NCBI GenBank assembly: GCA_045863855.1
Contig: BTVV01000137.1
Location: 1-15,750 of the forward strand
Direction: 5' to 3'
DNA: 15,750 nt
Source: Planctomycetota bacterium
GTDB lineage: Bacteria > Planctomycetota > SZUA-567 > H5-PLA8
Made by a program: the position numbers and the translations under genes. Of the stretch, positions 15,055 through 15,750 are shown one piece after another. The notes beneath the pieces were generated by a model that did not search any database, was not told where the DNA came from, and was given only the letters and a program-made list of their open reading frames with translations. Every line of letters starts with the position of its first letter. The stretch's first letter is position 1.

Positions 15055-15750
15055 ATGAGCGCCCAAGAGAAGCTCGAGATCATCCGCAGCGTCGAGGGTT
15101 CGGGCCTGCCCGTGCAGGCAGCCTTGGCGCGGGTCGAGGTACCGTCCTCGACCTATTACCGTTGGCGGCAGAAGTTCCGCTTGGGCGGCAGCGGTGGCTT
15201 GCAGGATCACTCGCCGTACAAGGGCCGTGTCTGGAACCAGTTGTTGCCCGAGGAGCGCGAACGGATTTTGGAGTTGGCCATGCTCTACCCCGAATGGTCA
15301 GCGCGGGAACTCGCCTGCCATCTGAGCGATCATGGCGGTTTTTCAGTCTCGGAATCGACGGTCTTCCGCGTGCTCAAGAAGCAAGGCTGGGTCAAGCCGC
15401 GGGAATTGAGGACCTTCCCGGCGGGGCCGGAGTATCGAATCAAGACGCAGCACCCCAACCAGCAGTGGCAGACGGATGCGACGTATCTGCATGTGAAGCG
15501 TTGGGGCTGGTACTACTTGATCTCGGTCCTGGATGATTACAGCCGCCGCATCCTGGCTTGGAGGTTGCAGAAGGACATGAGCACCGATTCTTTCAGCGAA
15601 GTCGTGGAATTAGCCTGCGAAGCAGTCGGCTTACATGCGGTGCCCGAGTGCTCCCGTCCGAAGTTGCTGACGGACAACGGCTCCGCTTTGATTTCTGAAG
15701 CCTTTGGCGCGTACCTGGAAGCCAAGGGCTTGGGGCACATCCTGGCCGCG
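15055..15750 (+). CDS. IS3-family transposase OrfB (DDE integrase core), 3' truncated by window
   Basis: Not in the ORF track. MSAQEKLEIIRSVEGSGLPV...STYYRW...VSESTVFRVLK...PNQQWQTDATY...YLISVLDDYSRRILAW...LLTDNGS, open to the window end. GGAGGT SD at 15041-15046; first two catalytic Asp visible. Confidence 0.9.
   Translation, partial: MSAQEKLEIIRSVEGSGLPVQAALARVEVPSSTYYRWRQKFRLGGSGGLQDHSPYKGRVWNQLLPEERERILELAMLYPEWSARELACHLSDHGGFSVSESTVFRVLKKQGWVKPRELRTFPAGPEYRIKTQHPNQQWQTDATYLHVKRWGWYYLISVLDDYSRRILAWRLQKDMSTDSFSEVVELACEAVGLHAVPECSRPKLLTDNGSALISEAFGAYLEAKGLGHILAA

Larger units (their letters stand above)
2156..15750. mobile_element. Probable decayed genomic island integrated at the ssrA 3' end (right boundary outside the window)
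   Basis: No terminator hairpin directly after the tmRNA CCA; att-like repeats at 2162-2341; integrase remnant at 2356-2556; accessory metal-resistance cargo and an IS. No duplicated tmRNA 3' end was seen in the window. Confidence 0.6.
14569..15750 (+). mobile_element. IS3-family insertion sequence (left part; truncated by window edge)
   Basis: Candidate left end TGTCCAACGTCAGCGAAAGTGAGAG starts with the 5'-TG typical of IS3; orfA/orfB arrangement with orfB in the -1 frame and an A7 run. The right inverted repeat is not in the window, so the left end is inferred. Confidence 0.85.

Noticed and set aside
14976..15536. 186-aa plus-strand ORF in the IS
   Set aside because: Off-frame overlap; the real OrfB is the frame from 15055 that runs off the window.

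Overview
GC-rich bacterial window. The left part looks like host backbone: a class-III PLP aminotransferase (240-1619) and a complete tmRNA gene (ssrA, 1788-2155; tag ANSHEYALAA). Directly after the tmRNA CCA end come repeated and inverted ACTTACA motifs and a frameshifted C-terminal remnant of a tyrosine integrase (WVGHSDLNMILRYY, minus strand, not in the ORF track). This suggests a decayed tmRNA-targeted genomic island. The cargo is a co-oriented heavy-metal efflux cluster: a small exported Cys-rich ORF with a GPAPP motif followed by a C-rich tract and a hairpin+T5 (candidate metal-sensing leader/attenuator), two tandem TolC-family proteins, a CusB-like adaptor with four heavy-metal-binding repeats, an enlarged CusA-like RND pump with the Cu(I)/Ag(I) Met triad, and a tightly coupled SERCA-like P2A ATPase instead of the P1B ATPase usual at copper loci. 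An IS3-family element starts at about 14569 and runs off the right edge. All calls come from reading motifs by eye; no searches were run.
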